DNA of 64,000 bases, from positions 580 to 64,579 of the forward strand of contig JBAZKN010000005.1 in assembly GCA_041650755.1 (NCBI GenBank), given 5' to 3'. Shown here in pieces: positions 1-8,967 of this stretch. The notes below the pieces were generated by a model. That model saw only the letters and a list, made by a program, of their open reading frames with translations. It searched no databases and was not told where the DNA came from. The DNA is from Patescibacteria group bacterium (GTDB lineage Bacteria > Patescibacteriota > Patescibacteriia > UBA1558 > GWA2-36-10). Made by a program: the position numbers and the translations under genes. Position 1 is the stretch's first letter, and each line of letters begins with the position of its first letter.

Positions 1-612
1 ACACAGAAATATTTTATTAATTATTTATTCAAAAATAGAATCATTAGTTTTAAAATAAGATTTTTGGGGGTCACTTGGTTTTTATTTTATAAAATTGGTT
101 TAGTTAGTGATTTATATAAACCCATGAATTTTCTGCTAAATTTTTTAAAGGGCTATAGTATAGAAAAATATAATAATTTTTTTGATGATTTTTTTCAGAA
201 ATGTATTGTTAAGAATATTTATAATGACGCAATCCTAAATATTAAAAAGGACATTAATGGGGGTGCAAGAGTTATTTTGATATCGACTAGTCTAGAACCA
301 ATTATAATAAGAATCGCAAAATATTTAAATGTAAAAGACGTTATATCTACCAAAATTTCATTTAATAATAGTATTTGTCGGGGTACTGTGAATGGAAAAA
401 TTATTGATGGAGTGGAAAAAGTTAATTTTTTAGTTGATTATATAAAAAAGTTGGGGTTGTCAAGGGATGTAATTTATACCAGTTTTTACTCCGATAGTTA
501 TAGAGATTTAGCATTGTTAAATTTTGTTGACGATCCGCATGTAGTTAATCCAGATAATCAATTATTAAGAATGGCCAAATTAAATAATTGGCCCGTCGTC
601 CATTTTAATTAA
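1..612 (+). CDS. HAD-superfamily hydrolase, probably 5'-truncated at the window edge (TTG at 64 is an alternative start)
   Basis: Frame is open from nt 1. C-terminal HAD motifs are present: Lys-containing motif III and 'YSDSYRD' (motif IV, DxxxD). The N-terminal DxD motif is absent, so the gene likely starts upstream. Confidence 0.4.
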   Translation, partial: TQKYFINYLFKNRIISFKIRFLGVTWFLFYKIGLVSDLYKPMNFLLNFLKGYSIEKYNNFFDDFFQKCIVKNIYNDAILNIKKDINGGARVILISTSLEPIIIRIAKYLNVKDVISTKISFNNSICRGTVNGKIIDGVEKVNFLVDYIKKLGLSRDVIYTSFYSDSYRDLALLNFVDDPHVVNPDNQLLRMAKLNNWPVVHFN

Positions 613-622
613 TTCTTATAAG

Positions 623-3436
623 ATGATGAATAGTTTTGCTTTCTCAAGTCTAATAACAGGAATATTGAGCCTGTTTTTGTCTGGTTTTGTATATTTTCGT
701 AGAGGTGGTTTTGCTTTAAATAGAATATGGTCATTTGTTAGTTTTGCTGTTGCGTTTTGGAGCCTTGGTCTTTTTGGTGTTACATTTTTTAGAGATTTTA
801 AATATGCCTATATATCACAGATTATTTTAGATATATCAGCGATATTCGTGCCAGTTTTATTCTTTGAATTTGTCGTCACATTAATAGATAAAAAAATATT
901 GTATAAAAGAATTTTAAAATTTAGTTATATATTTTCTTTATTACTGGCTATTTTAAGTATAACAAAATTTTTTAAAAAAGGCTTAAAGCACATATTCGAA
1001 TTTAGTTATTGGGTTGATCCAGGAGTACTGTATCCATTGTTTCCAATATTTTTTATGGTTTTAGCAGTTTTTGCCGTTATATTATTGTTTAAATATTCAA
1101 AAAGTAGTACTGGTGTTAAGCAGCAACAAATAAAATATGTTATTTATGCCGCCTTCATTGGTTTTGGTGGTGGTATTTTTAATTTTTTACCCCAATTTTC
1201 TAGGATATACCCCATTGGAAACTATCTGGTTGGATTTTATATTATCATGATCACATACGCCATCGTAAAATACCGACTCATGAACATTCGCTTAATTTTG
1301 ACTCGCAGTATACTGTATGCGATTTTGGTGGCGGTAGTCGCAAGTTTTTTCGCTTTATCCGTATTTTTCGTGGGCAATGTTCTGGGTGGCACTAGTCAGG
1401 CCAGTAAAATTTTCACCTATATTATAAACTCTTTCATTATTGTCATTTTTCTTGACCCGCTTAAGAGAATTTTTGCCAAGATTACTGACCGTATTTTCTA
1501 TAAAGATAGAGTAGATTATCAAAATATTCTGCAGCAAGCCAGTGCTATTGTTGCCAGGGAAATTGATTTGAAAAAATTATCGCATGCCTTATCGAGGTTG
1601 ATCGCCCAACAGCTGAAAATCAAAGAAGTCTATATTTTGATTGCCCAAGGCAATAGTTTTGAATTAATCTCCAGTCTAAAGAAACATCAAAAGTCATTAA
1701 GCCTGACAGCAGACTTTATCGGCTTAATCAAAGAGCGCAAAGATTTTTTGATAGTTGAAGAGCTGATCCGCACCCAGAGCGATATTGGCAGCAGTTCGCC
1801 ATATTACCAGGTTTTGGAAAAGTTTATCAAAGAAGCCGAGAGCCTGAAGATAGAGATGGTGGTGCCGATTTTTGATGATAATAATAATTTAAGCTCCATA
1901 TTTTTGTTCAGCTCTAAAAGTTCTGGCGATCTATACAATCAGGATGACATCAATTTTTTAAAGATTCTGGTGCCGCAGATAGCCACGGCTATTGCCAAAT
2001 CCAAGCTTTATGAAGAGGTTCAGGCTTTTAATCGTGAATTGCAGGCTAAGGTAGAGGCCAGAACCAAGAGTCTCAAAGAGGCCAATCAGAGTTTAGAGGA
2101 GAGAAATAAGTTTTTGACCACCATGCAGGTTATTACCGGTCATGTTACCCGCACTCTGGACATGAAGCAGGTCAATCAGATGATTGCCAATAGCATAGCC
2201 TTGGAGCTTGGCTATATCGGTGGCGTTTTGAGCTTTGTTGATGAGGAAAATCATATTTTGCGGATTGGGGCTTTGACGGAAAATGAAAATACCAAAGCAG
2301 TAGTCAAAGTATTGGGCCGTGATCCGCGCAATTTTGAGGCCCAGCTGAAGATGGATTATTCGCTGGGGTCGCAGACCGTTTTGTCCGGAAAGATAAATTT
2401 TTCCGATAAAATGTCCGATTTTTTCTCGCCGCCGGTGGAAAAGCCAATCATGGATCAGATCCAAAGGAATTTGGGCGTCAAGACCATTGTCGGTTTGCCA
2501 ATCTTTTCGGAAAATAAAATTATCGGCATCATCCACTTTTTATTGGCAGTCGAGCGGCGGCAGGTGTCAGCTATTGATATCGAGATGATGACTGCTCTGA
2601 CCAACCAAGTCGGCATTGTTTCCCGCAATCTGCGCTTGTACAATAATCTGCAGTCAGCCAATCTGGAGTTGCAGGAAGCCAATATGCGCTTGCGCGAGCT
2701 GGATAAAGCCAAGTCAGAGTTTTTGTCTATTGCCAGCCATCAATTGCGTACGCCTATTTCCGCTCTCAAAGGCTATTTATCCATGATGATAGACGGAGAC
2801 TTTGGGCCTATCCCTGACAAAATCAAGCAAGTCATCAAAGACTTGTTTGAAAGCGCGTCTCGCTTGGCTCGCTTGATCAATGTCTTTTTAAATGTTTCTC
2901 GGATTGAGTCTGGCCGCCTGAAGCTGGAAAAGCACCCCCTTCAAGTCAATGATTTGATTATTAGCGTTATCAAAGAACTTGGCAACCAAGCTGAACAAAA
3001 GAAATTAAAACTTAGCTATCAGGAGCCAAAAACTGTTTTACCCCTAGTCAATGCTGATAGTGATAAATTACGTGAAGTCATCTTGAATCTTATTGATAAT
3101 TCTATTAAATACACGCTAGAAGGATCTATTACAACTTCAGCTTATACCGATGAGCATGGCTTTCATTTTGTGGTCAAAGATACTGGTATTGGCATTGATC
3201 CGGAAGAAGCCAAAACTTTATTTAGAAAATTTGTGCGCGGCACAGGCGTGGCCCAGATTCATACTGGTGGCTCTGGCCTCGGCTTATTTATCGCCCAAAA
3301 AATCATCAAAGAACACGGCGGCCAGGTATGGGCCGAAAGTCAGGGTAAAGGCAAAGGAAGCACCTTTCAATTTGTCATTCCCATAAATGGGGGAGATAGT
3401 GCACCGGAAACCTTGCCCGCGCCAGCAGAAAAATAG
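623..3436 (+). CDS. Membrane sensor histidine kinase (multi-TM N-terminus, GAF-like middle, HisKA + HATPase_c)
   Basis: About 8 N-terminal hydrophobic helices. H-box 'SHQLRTPISALKGY'. N-box 'LIDNSIKYT'. G1 'DTGIGI'. G2 'GGSGLGLFIAQKII'. No response regulator is adjacent. Confidence 0.85.
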   Translation: MMNSFAFSSLITGILSLFLSGFVYFRRGGFALNRIWSFVSFAVAFWSLGLFGVTFFRDFKYAYISQIILDISAIFVPVLFFEFVVTLIDKKILYKRILKFSYIFSLLLAILSITKFFKKGLKHIFEFSYWVDPGVLYPLFPIFFMVLAVFAVILLFKYSKSSTGVKQQQIKYVIYAAFIGFGGGIFNFLPQFSRIYPIGNYLVGFYIIMITYAIVKYRLMNIRLILTRSILYAILVAVVASFFALSVFFVGNVLGGTSQASKIFTYIINSFIIVIFLDPLKRIFAKITDRIFYKDRVDYQNILQQASAIVAREIDLKKLSHALSRLIAQQLKIKEVYILIAQGNSFELISSLKKHQKSLSLTADFIGLIKERKDFLIVEELIRTQSDIGSSSPYYQVLEKFIKEAESLKIEMVVPIFDDNNNLSSIFLFSSKSSGDLYNQDDINFLKILVPQIATAIAKSKLYEEVQAFNRELQAKVEARTKSLKEANQSLEERNKFLTTMQVITGHVTRTLDMKQVNQMIANSIALELGYIGGVLSFVDEENHILRIGALTENENTKAVVKVLGRDPRNFEAQLKMDYSLGSQTVLSGKINFSDKMSDFFSPPVEKPIMDQIQRNLGVKTIVGLPIFSENKIIGIIHFLLAVERRQVSAIDIEMMTALTNQVGIVSRNLRLYNNLQSANLELQEANMRLRELDKAKSEFLSIASHQLRTPISALKGYLSMMIDGDFGPIPDKIKQVIKDLFESASRLARLINVFLNVSRIESGRLKLEKHPLQVNDLIISVIKELGNQAEQKKLKLSYQEPKTVLPLVNADSDKLREVILNLIDNSIKYTLEGSITTSAYTDEHGFHFVVKDTGIGIDPEEAKTLFRKFVRGTGVAQIHTGGSGLGLFIAQKIIKEHGGQVWAESQGKGKGSTFQFVIPINGGDSAPETLPAPAEK

Positions 3437-3507
3437 GCAGATTTGACTAAGACAAATGTTTTGGTATATTATGATAATTACTAAAGAAAAGTGATTTAAT
3501 AAAATTT

Positions 3508-3993
3508 ATGCCAAACAAGAAAAGCGACAAACAAGAAATTTTACAGGCAATCAGCGGCTTATCGGCAGCTGTATTTAATTTGACCAAAAAAGTCGATGAT
3601 TTATCGGTAAAATTAGATAAATTGACCGAACGGGTTGATGTCCTAACTGAGCGTGTCGATGTCCTAACTGAGCGTGTCGATGCTCTTACGGTAAGAGTTG
3701 AGAATCTAGAACAACAATATGAGGATATTTTATCAACTATCAATAATTTTGCCGATCAAGTGGAGCAAAGATTTTTGGCCATAGAAAAACGCTTAACTAT
3801 TTTAGAAACAAACTCTGTTACCAAAGATTATTTGGACCAAAAATTATTTGCTTTAAAAGGTGACATGATAGTTATGATGCGCCAGGAAAATACCAAGCTA
3901 GAGACCTTAGTAGAAGCTCTGCAAGAGCAGAGGAGTTTGTCTTTAGATAAAAGTAAAAGAGTATTGGCTTTAGAGCCGTTTCCTAAAATATAA
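3508..3993 (+). CDS. Coiled-coil hypothetical protein with perfect heptad tandem repeats (LTERVDV x3)
   Basis: A 21-nt unit 'gtcctaactgagcgtgtcgat' is repeated in tandem at 3640-3700. The protein is predicted alpha-helical. Confidence 0.5.
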   Translation: MPNKKSDKQEILQAISGLSAAVFNLTKKVDDLSVKLDKLTERVDVLTERVDVLTERVDALTVRVENLEQQYEDILSTINNFADQVEQRFLAIEKRLTILETNSVTKDYLDQKLFALKGDMIVMMRQENTKLETLVEALQEQRSLSLDKSKRVLALEPFPKI

Positions 3994-3996
3994 TGT

Positions 3997-4052
3997 TTTT
4001 TAACCAAGCCCCTCGCACTGCATCTACCTTTGGTAGGAAGGGCTGGGTTTTT
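3997..4052 (+). terminator. Rho-independent terminator-like hairpin followed by a T-run
   Basis: 'ccaagcccc...ggaagggctgggtttttt' has a GC stem followed by 6 T. Confidence 0.45.
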
Positions 4053-4093
4053 TGTTTGTGGATAAAATATTAGTCAGGCTCCCCTTAATATAC

Positions 4094-4122
4094 TTGACAT
4101 CTTTTTATGAGGGCGCTATATT
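4094..4122 (+). promoter_or_regulatory. Sigma70-like promoter for the RiPP-like precursor gene
   Basis: TTGACA (4094-4099), 17-nt spacer, TATATT (4117-4122). Flanked by direct repeats tttttatgagGGCGCtata / tttttatgagACGGCtata (4101-4120, 4146-4165). Confidence 0.45.
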
Positions 4123-4196
4123 TATATTATAAGTATAGACGGCTTATTTTTATGAGACGGCTATACAATGAACCTTAACACTAAGGAGGTGAACTC

Positions 4197-4388
4197 ATGC
4201 GCAAACTGAGGCGGATGAACTACTGGAGTGGATTAGCCGATCACAGGCATCCTCGCAGTGCTCAGGCGGTGTTGCGGCCATGCCTCGCGACAAGCAAGTC
4301 GAAGGGCGTTGCCAGTTCTTGCGGGCAAGGTGCCTGCAACTGCGGTGGTGGCTGCAACGGCGAATGTTCCACATCCTGTGAAGGGTGA
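4197..4388 (+). CDS. Cys-rich RiPP precursor peptide (SCIFF/ranthipeptide-like; 63 aa)
   Basis: Strong SD 'aaggaggtg' 6 nt upstream. Basic leader followed by C-terminal core 'SSCGQGACNCGGGCNGECSTSCEG' (6 Cys in 21 aa). GC is about 60% against a host of about 33%. Lies immediately upstream of a radical-SAM gene. Confidence 0.6.
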   Translation: MRKLRRMNYWSGLADHRHPRSAQAVLRPCLATSKSKGVASSCGQGACNCGGGCNGECSTSCEG

Positions 4389-4469
4389 CCAACGAGGCAA
4401 AGAGGGAGGAATATAAAAGTCAGTTATTTCTCCCTCTTACCCTTATCCTCAAATACCGGGAGGCAGAAA

Positions 4470-5489
4470 ATGTCTAGATCATTTGGATTACAGTGGCACC
4501 TAACCAACGATTGCGATCAGCGCTGTAAGCATTGTTACATCTGGCAAAAGCACGACAAGGAGGGGTTGACATCTACACCTACACTGGAACAGTGTCAGTC
4601 TATCATCGAGGACTTTTGTGCGTTCTGCGGGGAAATGGGAGTTATTCCTTATTTCTCCATAACCGGTGGTGACCCTTTGCTTTATCAACACATTTGGGAG
4701 GTGCTGGAAGTATTGCGTCGTAAGAGTATAAGTTTCACCATACTAGGCAATCCATTTCATCTGACCGACGACAGAGCTAAGTTGCTGAAGGACTTAGGTT
4801 GCGTCAGTTATCAGATGTCTTTGGACGGGCTTGAGAAAACACATGATTCTATGCGCAAGCCGGGATCGTTTCTGGCAACACTTGCAGCCTTGCCGCTGTT
4901 GCACGATGTTGGGATTAGAAGTATGATCATGTCAACAGCGTCCATGCTCAATTACCGCGAGCTTCCGGACGTTGCCAGGCTGTGTGTTGAGCATCATGTT
5001 GGCAACTTCGCATTTTCCCGGTACTGTCCGACACGGGGTGACACCGAGTTTAACATGTCACCACAGCTCTACCGTCAATTTTTGACGGAAATGTGGCAGG
5101 TTTTTAGCGAACTTGTTGATAGCGGTACCAACTTTGCTCTCAAGGATCACTTGTGGGTGCCCTACCTTTACGAGGAGGGGTTGTATCAGCTTGGTGAGGT
5201 TAAGGACCTTGTTCTCGACGGTTGCAACTGCGGCATTAGTCACATGACCTTACTGCCTAACGGCACGGTCTATGCGTGTCGTCGCTTTGAGAGCTTGGTC
5301 GGGAGTATTAAACAACGCAGTTTCAAGGAGATTTTTCTATCGCCAGAGATGGACACGTACCGCCAAATCGAGAATCTGTCTGGTTGTAAGGACTGTGTCT
5401 TGCTAAATTACTGCCGTGGTTGTCACGCAGTTTCCGCGGGCACAACTGGGGATTTTTTCAGCAAGGATCCTCAATGTTGGCGAGTTTAA
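4470..5489 (+). CDS. Radical SAM / SPASM-domain peptide-modifying enzyme (anSME-like, no N-terminal RRE)
   Basis: N-terminal CX3CX2C 'CDQRCKHC'. C-terminal Cys clusters 'CNCGISH...CRRF...CKDCVLLNYCRGCH' are typical of SPASM auxiliary Fe-S sites. High GC. Confidence 0.75.
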   Translation: MSRSFGLQWHLTNDCDQRCKHCYIWQKHDKEGLTSTPTLEQCQSIIEDFCAFCGEMGVIPYFSITGGDPLLYQHIWEVLEVLRRKSISFTILGNPFHLTDDRAKLLKDLGCVSYQMSLDGLEKTHDSMRKPGSFLATLAALPLLHDVGIRSMIMSTASMLNYRELPDVARLCVEHHVGNFAFSRYCPTRGDTEFNMSPQLYRQFLTEMWQVFSELVDSGTNFALKDHLWVPYLYEEGLYQLGEVKDLVLDGCNCGISHMTLLPNGTVYACRRFESLVGSIKQRSFKEIFLSPEMDTYRQIENLSGCKDCVLLNYCRGCHAVSAGTTGDFFSKDPQCWRV

Positions 5490-5493
5490 CTGA

Positions 5494-5528
5494 AATAGCG
5501 ATAGTAACTTCAAGAGTGCTATCGCTAT
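5494..5528 (+). terminator. Inverted repeat / hairpin downstream of the radical-SAM gene
   Basis: aatagcgatag ... ctatcgctatt forms an 11-bp perfect stem. Confidence 0.4.
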
Positions 5529-5567
5529 TATCTAAGTATAATTTCTATTATACTATATAATATAATT

Positions 5568-6191
5568 ATGAGTTATAATCAAATTTACAAAAAAAGATCA
5601 GTTTGGGGAGATGAGCCGAATATACTATTGCGGCAAATTTTTGAAAAATTGACGCCTAAAGACAAGTTTCTTGATTTAGGGTGCGGTCAAGGCAGAGATG
5701 TTTTATTTATGTTGGCCAAGGGATTCAGGGTGACCGGTGTTGATGCATCACCGGAATCTATAAATCATATAAAAAATTTAGTAAAGATAAATAGATTATC
5801 AACGGTAAATTTCGAGCTAGTTTGTGGCGACATTAGTAGCTACATTATAAAAGATGATATGTTTGACATTATTAATGCTTATAATTCTTTGCAATTTTTG
5901 TCCAAAAAGGATGCTTTCCGAGTATTAGAAAATATAAAGAACAATATCAAAAAAAATGGTTATATTATCATATCGGGTTTTACCATAGATGATCCGCTGT
6001 ACAAAAAAATTGGCAATGATAAACGCTGTTTTTTTGAACGAGGTGAGTTAAAAAAAATATTTTCCGAAGCAGATATTATTTTATATAACGAAGAAATTAT
6101 TAATGAAAATGGTCATGCGGGCAATCCAGAGCCGCACATACACGGAATTACAAGGATTATAGCACAAAAAAATATTGGATCAGATAGTTGA
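5568..6191 (+). CDS. Class I SAM-dependent methyltransferase (TehB-like)
   Basis: Motif I 'FLDLGCGQGRD'. Size matches a small-molecule or peptide methyltransferase. AT-rich, unlike the neighbouring RiPP genes. Confidence 0.6.
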   Translation: MSYNQIYKKRSVWGDEPNILLRQIFEKLTPKDKFLDLGCGQGRDVLFMLAKGFRVTGVDASPESINHIKNLVKINRLSTVNFELVCGDISSYIIKDDMFDIINAYNSLQFLSKKDAFRVLENIKNNIKKNGYIIISGFTIDDPLYKKIGNDKRCFFERGELKKIFSEADIILYNEEIINENGHAGNPEPHIHGITRIIAQKNIGSDS

Positions 6192-6245
6192 TTGTCTGCT
6201 AAATTGTAGAACCAGTTTTATTATCGATTTTTTTAAAATAAATAC

Positions 6246-6896
6246 ATGAAAAAATACCTTAGCTTAAAATCGGTGAAGGTTGATAAAAAGTTATCAGCAT
6301 TCCTAACTGCAACTAAGGAAGAGTTTGATAATTTTTATGATTTTAAGGCCACTGAACCACTGTTATTTTTTGTGCCCAGCCGACAAGATTTAGATTTGAT
6401 CATGGGGAAGAAAACTGAAAAATGGTTTGTTGGCGTGACTAAAAATAACGCTATCTTTATTTTGGACAAAAATATTTATGCCAAAGAATCAAATCATAAG
6501 GCAAAAAATTTTTGGTTAACACTCAAGCATGAATATAGTCATATTTACTACTCGCAAATGACCAATAGCCATTATCCTTGTTGGTTAAACGAGGGATTGG
6601 CCTGTTATCTGTCTGGTAAAAAATTAATTTTAAGCAAGGATTATAATAGCGCCCTGGATGTTTTTAATTATTTTGACAAGAGTGGTTCAAATGTATATAT
6701 GATAGGCCAATTTTGGGTTGAATTTTTAATTAAAAAATTTGGCAAGAAAAAACTTGTTAGGCTCATAAAAAGTTTAAATTTTGAAGCAAGAATAAGTGAA
6801 CGTCGATTTGCTAGTGAATTTTATAAAATATACGATTTTAGGTTTGATAAAAAATCTTTCACTAAAAAATTGGGAAAAAATAAAAATTTAATATAA
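6246..6896 (+). CDS. Hypothetical protein with an HExxH motif (possible zinc metallopeptidase)
   Basis: 'LKHEYSHIYY' matches HExxH. No other recognisable domain. Confidence 0.3.
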   Translation: MKKYLSLKSVKVDKKLSAFLTATKEEFDNFYDFKATEPLLFFVPSRQDLDLIMGKKTEKWFVGVTKNNAIFILDKNIYAKESNHKAKNFWLTLKHEYSHIYYSQMTNSHYPCWLNEGLACYLSGKKLILSKDYNSALDVFNYFDKSGSNVYMIGQFWVEFLIKKFGKKKLVRLIKSLNFEARISERRFASEFYKIYDFRFDKKSFTKKLGKNKNLI

Positions 6897-6934
6897 AAAA
6901 ACCAGGCATCCTTTAGTAATTAATTTTTAATAGG

Positions 6935-8062
6935 ATGCGAAAGAAAAGCGATTTGGAGGGCTGGCAATTGGCAGTCGTGGTTTTGCTACTGTTGATCCCT
7001 AGTTTTGGGACTTTAGCTAAAACAGCCAAGACTGTCACTAGCCAGACTAAGTACATTGATAAATACTATCAAGTAGATCAAAACGGCAAAACACAGGTCA
7101 ACATTTATTTGGGCGATGAGAAGATTGCCAGTCTAGATAGTGGGGGAAATTTCAGCTTCCCTATTGTTGATCATCTGGGCTCACCCACAATCATTACTGA
7201 TACCAAGGGCCAAATAGTGGCCACAAATGACTACAGAGCATTTGGTAGCTTACCTACCAGTACCAGTATGGCAGGGAGCAATCGGTATAAGTACACCGGC
7301 AAAGAGCTGGACGCGGAAAATAATTTGGAATATTTTGGCCAGCGCTATTATGATGCGATTTTGGGCAGATTTACTAGCATTGATCCAATGTTGCTCAAAA
7401 ATCCAAGCAAGTTTTTGGCTGATGTGCAAAGTTTAAATAGTTACGCCTATGCCAAGAATAACCCCATAACCTTTTTTGACCCCGTTGGCTTATTGACTAA
7501 GATTTACTTGGAGAAAAACAAAGATAAAGGCTGGTTTGAACCACGGTACGATCATGCTTTTATGGCTATTAACGGCAAAGTGTATAATTGGGAAAGTAAT
7601 GTGGGTCGAGAATATCATCAGCAGGATGGTCGTTGGTTGGGTGAAGACATGGACGTTGTCAATTGGACAAATTTTATGAACCGGGCAGATAACGCTAAAG
7701 CCGAATATGATATTTATACATTGGATACCAGCCGTAAGCAGGAAGAGGGGATGCAACGATATTGGCTCAATTTAGCTTGGGCTAACATGGCTGACCAGGG
7801 TGATTTGCGGACCATCTATAATAAATTTTTGCAGAGCACTGACGCAGTAGTTGAAGCGTTGCGGCGGGGCGGTGTAGTTAATCAGAATTTTAAAGTTGGT
7901 CGTCAGACCGCCAATCCGGAAAAATTGGGTTATGAGCTATGGTTTAAATATAATTTAGATAAAGAAAATAACCAGGCGAAAAATAAATATTATAATAATA
8001 TTCGTCCTAATAAATTTTTCGCGCCAGTTGTGGATCTCGCGACTTATAAATATCAACCTTAA
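6935..8062 (+). CDS. Small secreted RHS-repeat-associated core protein with a C-terminal toxin domain
   Basis: N-terminal signal/TM segment. 'YKYTGKELDAENNLEYFGQRYYDAILGRFTSIDP' and 'NSYAYAKNNPITFFDPVGLL' match the RHS core and DPxGL cleavage motif. About 190 aa of unique sequence follow it. Confidence 0.65.
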   Translation: MRKKSDLEGWQLAVVVLLLLIPSFGTLAKTAKTVTSQTKYIDKYYQVDQNGKTQVNIYLGDEKIASLDSGGNFSFPIVDHLGSPTIITDTKGQIVATNDYRAFGSLPTSTSMAGSNRYKYTGKELDAENNLEYFGQRYYDAILGRFTSIDPMLLKNPSKFLADVQSLNSYAYAKNNPITFFDPVGLLTKIYLEKNKDKGWFEPRYDHAFMAINGKVYNWESNVGREYHQQDGRWLGEDMDVVNWTNFMNRADNAKAEYDIYTLDTSRKQEEGMQRYWLNLAWANMADQGDLRTIYNKFLQSTDAVVEALRRGGVVNQNFKVGRQTANPEKLGYELWFKYNLDKENNQAKNKYYNNIRPNKFFAPVVDLATYKYQP

Positions 8063-8067
8063 TAAAT

Positions 8068-8940
8068 ATGAACAAGGGACAATTAAAAAATATATTAAGC
8101 AGTGATTATCAAGCTGAAAATTATGACAGCTTGAAGTTTTGGCAAAGCTACAGAACCTGGGCAATGATTGCCATGTTTATTTCTTTAGCAATTTCTGCTT
8201 GGGTATTTACTTATGACTTATGGATAGTTTTTTATCTATTGATACTTTATATTTTTTTAGCAATCTTGATAGTTCGTGGCTATAAATGGCCGCTAGTGGC
8301 CATGATGGTTGTTTGGCTTTTGGAAAAATATAATAATGATGGTTATTTGATAATAAAATTTTGGTCAGTGCCAATATTTTTGCTGATTGGCATTATTTTG
8401 TTCTGGTTGCTTTATGTTTCATTTAAGATTCAAGTCGCTCGCCGGCATAATAATGGGAAAAGTAGAAAACATTATTTAGTAGTGTTGATCGGCATTGCAC
8501 TAGTTTTACTGCTGTGGTATGGCTTGTCATGGGCGAAGTATTATGGATTTGGCCAGCCAAAATTTAATTTTGTTGTTCAGGAGCAGAATAACAAAACCAT
8601 TATTAGGGAAGAAGTATTTAATATTAAATTTCAGATCGATGCTAAGTGCCGTTTAGAATCAGATAATCTGGATCGGCAGGCGACTGCGGATCTATGGTCA
8701 GGTCAACTCTGGTGCCAAGGTTACGACGACTACGTTGATTTTTCCGTTGACCAAAATATTGATAGTAGCCATGGTCAGGATAAGCCGATAGGCACTCGAG
8801 CTTGGCTGTTTGATAAACCGGATGAATTTTGGGCCATAGATGTTTATGACAGTCAAAATAAATATCGTTTGTTGGTTGGTGGCTACAGCAATACGGATAA
8901 TATAAAAAATGATCTTGTCAGCAGTTTAATACAGGAATAA
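8068..8940 (+). CDS. Multi-TM membrane protein (candidate immunity protein for the upstream RHS toxin)
   Basis: 4-5 hydrophobic helices. Lies immediately downstream of the RHS-CT gene. Confidence 0.35.
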   Translation: MNKGQLKNILSSDYQAENYDSLKFWQSYRTWAMIAMFISLAISAWVFTYDLWIVFYLLILYIFLAILIVRGYKWPLVAMMVVWLLEKYNNDGYLIIKFWSVPIFLLIGIILFWLLYVSFKIQVARRHNNGKSRKHYLVVLIGIALVLLLWYGLSWAKYYGFGQPKFNFVVQEQNNKTIIREEVFNIKFQIDAKCRLESDNLDRQATADLWSGQLWCQGYDDYVDFSVDQNIDSSHGQDKPIGTRAWLFDKPDEFWAIDVYDSQNKYRLLVGGYSNTDNIKNDLVSSLIQE

Positions 8941-8967
8941 GATGTAATCATTATTAATTTTAATCAT

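Noticed and set aside
3447-3743. Minus-strand ORF with 'STRSVRTSTRSVRTSTRSV' repeats
   Set aside because: It is a mirror image of the plus-strand heptad-repeat coiled-coil gene, which has a better start context.
4195-4392. 65-aa minus-strand ORF exactly antisense to the Cys-rich precursor gene
   Set aside because: The plus-strand ORF has a strong SD, a consensus promoter and a meaningful leader/core organisation. The antisense ORF is a GC-rich mirror artefact.
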